DNA from: Okamejei kenojei
Taxonomy: Eukaryota
Reading direction: 5' to 3'
Length of the DNA stretch: 64,000 bases
Assembly (NCBI GenBank): GCA_035221665.1
Contig: CM069150.1
Location: 35,278,001 to 35,342,000, forward strand
Shown: positions 60,921 through 64,000 of the stretch, piece after piece
Numbering within the stretch: the stretch's first letter is position 1
How the letters are laid out: every line of letters begins with the position of its first letter
Position numbers and translations under genes: made by a program
Notes under the pieces: generated by a model
Told to the model about the DNA's origin: nothing
Databases searched by the model: none
Seen by the model: only the letters and a program-made list of their open reading frames with translations

Positions 60921-61151
60921 GCGTAGGTACTGGGACTCAACAAAATTTGACAGAGACAAATCCACCTCCTCATGTAGATGGAAGGAGAAAAGTTAATTGC
61001 AATTTACGCTGCACAATTGGACTATTCTATCTCCTCCACTTTGCAGAAATACTTGAATGACTTGAAAGTGTTGTAGTATTAATGTAAATTCTCTTTATTT
61101 CCACAGTCTGAAACTGGGTATTGACTTACTCAGCTGCAGGGGAGTTGATGT

Positions 61152-61420
61152 GATAGACACAAGATGCTGGAGTAACTCAACGGGTAAGGCAGCATCTCTG
61201 GAGGAAAGGAAGAAGTGACGTTTCAGGTCGAGACCCTTCATCAGACTGAACGTCAGGGAGGGGCACACAAGAGGTATGGGAAGGTACAAAACAAAGCAGA
61301 GCCTGGAAATGTGGAGCCCACAACAGTCCAATGTTAGCTGGGTTGAGGTGTTAACGAAGGAAGACAAAGGATGAAATTAGCAAGAGGACTCGGGTGGGGG
61401 ATGGGCGGAGAGAGCGAATT
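61152..61420 (-). mobile_element. Penelope-like pLTR
   Basis: GATAGACACAAGATGCTGGAGTAACTC...GTGACGTTTCAGGTCGAGACCCTTCATCAGACTG. Confidence 0.85.
61217..61244 (-). ncRNA. Minimal hammerhead ribozyme motif
   Basis: AGU-CUGAUGA-A-GGGUC-UC-GACCU-GAAAC-GUC-ACU. Canonical CUGAUGA box, 3-bp stem I, and a G-U pair at the base of stem II. Confidence 0.65.
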
Positions 61421-62713
61421 TGTTCTTCATGGCCAAAAGTTCAAGGATGAACTGCTGTAACTTTTAGGTTGTTAATCCACTTTCCTCCCATGTTTAAGGC
61501 ATGACTCATGGTGAACAATTTCATTAGTGTCAACTGTCGGCCAGTTCTTCACCCTAATCACCATTTTTCATGTGCGAGTGGATAAAGTGTTAATAGGGTA
61601 TTTACACAATGTAAGCTTGCTTTCATCTCTAACTCTGATACTAGCTGAAGCTCTCAATATCATTACAATTGATAAAGCTAACACACAGGCAGATATGATT
61701 GTTTTTTTTTCACCTTAGGCTGTATACCTTTAAACAGCTATCAGGAGATCCATACAAACTCGATTCAAATCACCAGGCAGATATAAAATGATAGCTTTCT
61801 AAGGATAACACTGCACATCACAATGCGATTTTGAACATAAAAGCTAGATAAATTAAACACCAAGTTAAATAAAACAAAAATGCTGCCAACAAATTGCAAA
61901 TCATTAATTTTTTTTTAAGCTACCTTATTTCATTCTGCTATATTTTAAAGACAGTCTTTCAAAGCCAGTACAGGGACAGCAGTGCAAATATTTCACCACA
62001 TGTGACTGCATTTTAGACAGTCACATTAAGAGATCTAGCCTTAAGGTACAATAAATATAGTTTTTTGGAAAGCATAGAAGTATAAATTGCGTCATGCCCA
62101 GAGGGTGAAAGAATTCGGAATGTGGTTGCGATGGTAAGTATTTAAAGGACACATGGCTGTGTCCTTTAGGAAGAGTTATTAATGACTATTTCCAACTGTT
62201 CAGATGTGATGCATTTTAACTAGGTAGAAGTTATAGCGTTGTGTAGTGAGTAGATCTTTGAATACACATATTTTGTGTCAACACCAACATTTACTGTATA
62301 GTGGTTCTAACCCTACGTATAAAATTATTAAGCCCTGACATTGATTTAATGGCACAAAGTAAAATTAAGACACATCCTGCAGTTACAGCCTCAGCTCAAA
62401 TTTTGTACCTCCTTTTAGGTTAACATTGTAATACCATTTGATGTATTTCTTAATGGTATTTTGCATTTCCATGGCAGAGAGGTGTGGCGTATTTTAATTA
62501 ATTTAATTCGCAGCTTATGTTCGAAATGCTGTCAAGCAAGGATACGATTTTCCTAGTTTAACGTTTACCCAATAAATGAAAGAAACATTTAATAAACAGC
62601 AGATGCTGGAAACCTGAAATTAAAAAAAAAACTCAGCAGGTCAGGCTGCATCAGTGGAAAGAGAAACAGGATTAAACATTTGGTGAGAAGACCGCTTGAT
62701 CAAAATTAGGAAA

Positions 62714-62990
62714 GGTGGCACAGTGAAACAGTGGTAGAGTAGTTGCCTTACAGCGCCAGAGACCCAGGTACAATCCTGGCTGTAGGGAGGTTTGTACGTT
62801 CTCCCTGTGACCGCATGGATGTTCGCCGGATGCTCCGGTTTCCTCCCACACTCCAAAGGTTTATAGTTTTGTAGGTTAATCGGCTTCGGTAAAAAATTGC
62901 CCCTGGTGTGTAAGATAGTGCTAGCCTGCAGGGATGGCTGGTCGGCAAGGTCGAAGAGCCTATTTCTGCGCTGTATCTCTAAACTAAACG
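62714..62990 (+). mobile_element. HE1-type V-SINE
   Basis: GGTGGCACAGTG..GGTAGAG..CTTACAGCGCCAGAGACCCAGG...TGTATCTCTAAACTAAAC. Follows an old pLTR at 62595-62710. Confidence 0.85.
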
Positions 62991-63324
62991 AAAAGAGGGA
63001 AAACTAGTTTTAAGTTGCAGAGATGGTGAGAGATGGCTAGAACAAAAGAAGTATCTATGATAACGTGAGGTCGATATTGTCCTCAGATAAGTTGCAGACA
63101 TCTACCAGTCAGAGAGAGCAAAAGGTGGAACAAAATTGATGAGAATGAGGAGAGAGCACAGAGGCACATAAAAAGGGTGCAAAGTGCAGGGCTGTAGGAC
63201 ATGCCAACCAAGTTGGGATGTGTTAATGATGAGAGAAAAAACTGAGCTTGTATCACAGATAGATGACTCACTGCAGAAAAGGTAATTTCTGATAGACACA
63301 AATTGGACAGAGTATGCAGAAACA

Positions 63325-63730
63325 AGTAAATGCAGATGCTGGTTTACACAAAAAGACACAAAGTGCTGGAGTAACACAATGGATCCGGCAGCATCTCTGG
63401 ACAACATGGATCAGTGACGCTTTGGACTGAATCAGACTAATTTGAACTTGCAGAGCTCAATATCAAGGCAAAAAGGTTGCAATGTGCACCAGAGGAAGAA
63501 GTGGCATTCCTCAGTATTATAACAGTTGCAACAGAGCTACGAAGAACTGTAGATGCTGGCACCTTGAGCAAAACACAAAATGTGATAATAACTCAGTGGG
63601 TCAGGCAACATCTTCGTGGAAATGGATAGGCGACAGTTCAGAAGAAAAGTCTTGACGTGAAAGGTCATCTATTTATTCCCTCCACGGATGCTGCCTGGCC
63701 CGCTGATTTACTCCAGCATTTTGTGTTTTG
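63325..63730. mobile_element. Two degenerate Penelope-like pLTR pieces
   Basis: 63325-63440 on the minus strand, and an inverted unit at 63540-63730 (CAGTTCAGAAGAAAAGTCTTGACGTGAAAGGTC..GATGCTGCCTGGCCCGCTG). Confidence 0.65.
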
Positions 63731-63916
63731 CAACAGCATAGAAGGCAGCAGGTGGCTAAATCAGAGTGGGAGTGGGATGGAGATTAGCAGGGAGTCTGAA
63801 TTCCCTCTGTAGATTGATTCTGACATTCTGTAAAACCGTCACCAAATCAATGTTTTGTTTCTCCAACTATAGCAACTAAGTGACAACTGGATGGCCACAG
63901 TGGCACAGCAGTAGAG

Positions 63917-64000
63917 AATTGGATTGAATTTGAATTGAATTGAATTCATTTTACTAGCCAAGTATGTATACATGCAACAAATTTACCTTGGTGCTTTGCT
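63917..64000 (-). mobile_element. LINE 3' end with (ATTCA)n tail, inserted in a SINE head
   Basis: Similar to 15885-15930. Preceded by GGCCACAGTGGCACAGCAGTAGAG. Confidence 0.55.

Overview
This is non-coding, AT-rich vertebrate DNA. The repeat inventory (HE1-type V-SINEs, CR1/HER1-like LINEs, Rex1/Babar, RTE, abundant Penelope-like pieces) points to a cartilaginous fish, most likely a skate or ray; this is an inference. I recognise no host protein-coding gene, and every recognisable ORF is a retroelement fragment. The window looks like a large intron or gene desert in which repeat-dense blocks alternate with TE-poor blocks that may hold conserved regulatory elements. The most notable signal is about 30 copies of Penelope-like pseudo-LTR (pLTR) sequence carrying a minimal hammerhead ribozyme motif (CTGA[A/T]GA-A-stem II-GAAAC-GT[C/T]). 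Several copies have intact cores, one locus has the motif in tandem, and many are 130-270 bp units, mostly inverted (fold-back), with their own 10-16 bp target-site duplications (TSDs). Also present are three PIF/Harbinger-like MITEs with shared termini but different interiors, a hAT-like MITE, a bipartite non-autonomous RTE element with strong RNA hairpins, two local duplications and a few candidate non-coding exons. Family names come from my recognition of motifs, not from database searches. Boundaries of degenerate repeats are approximate.
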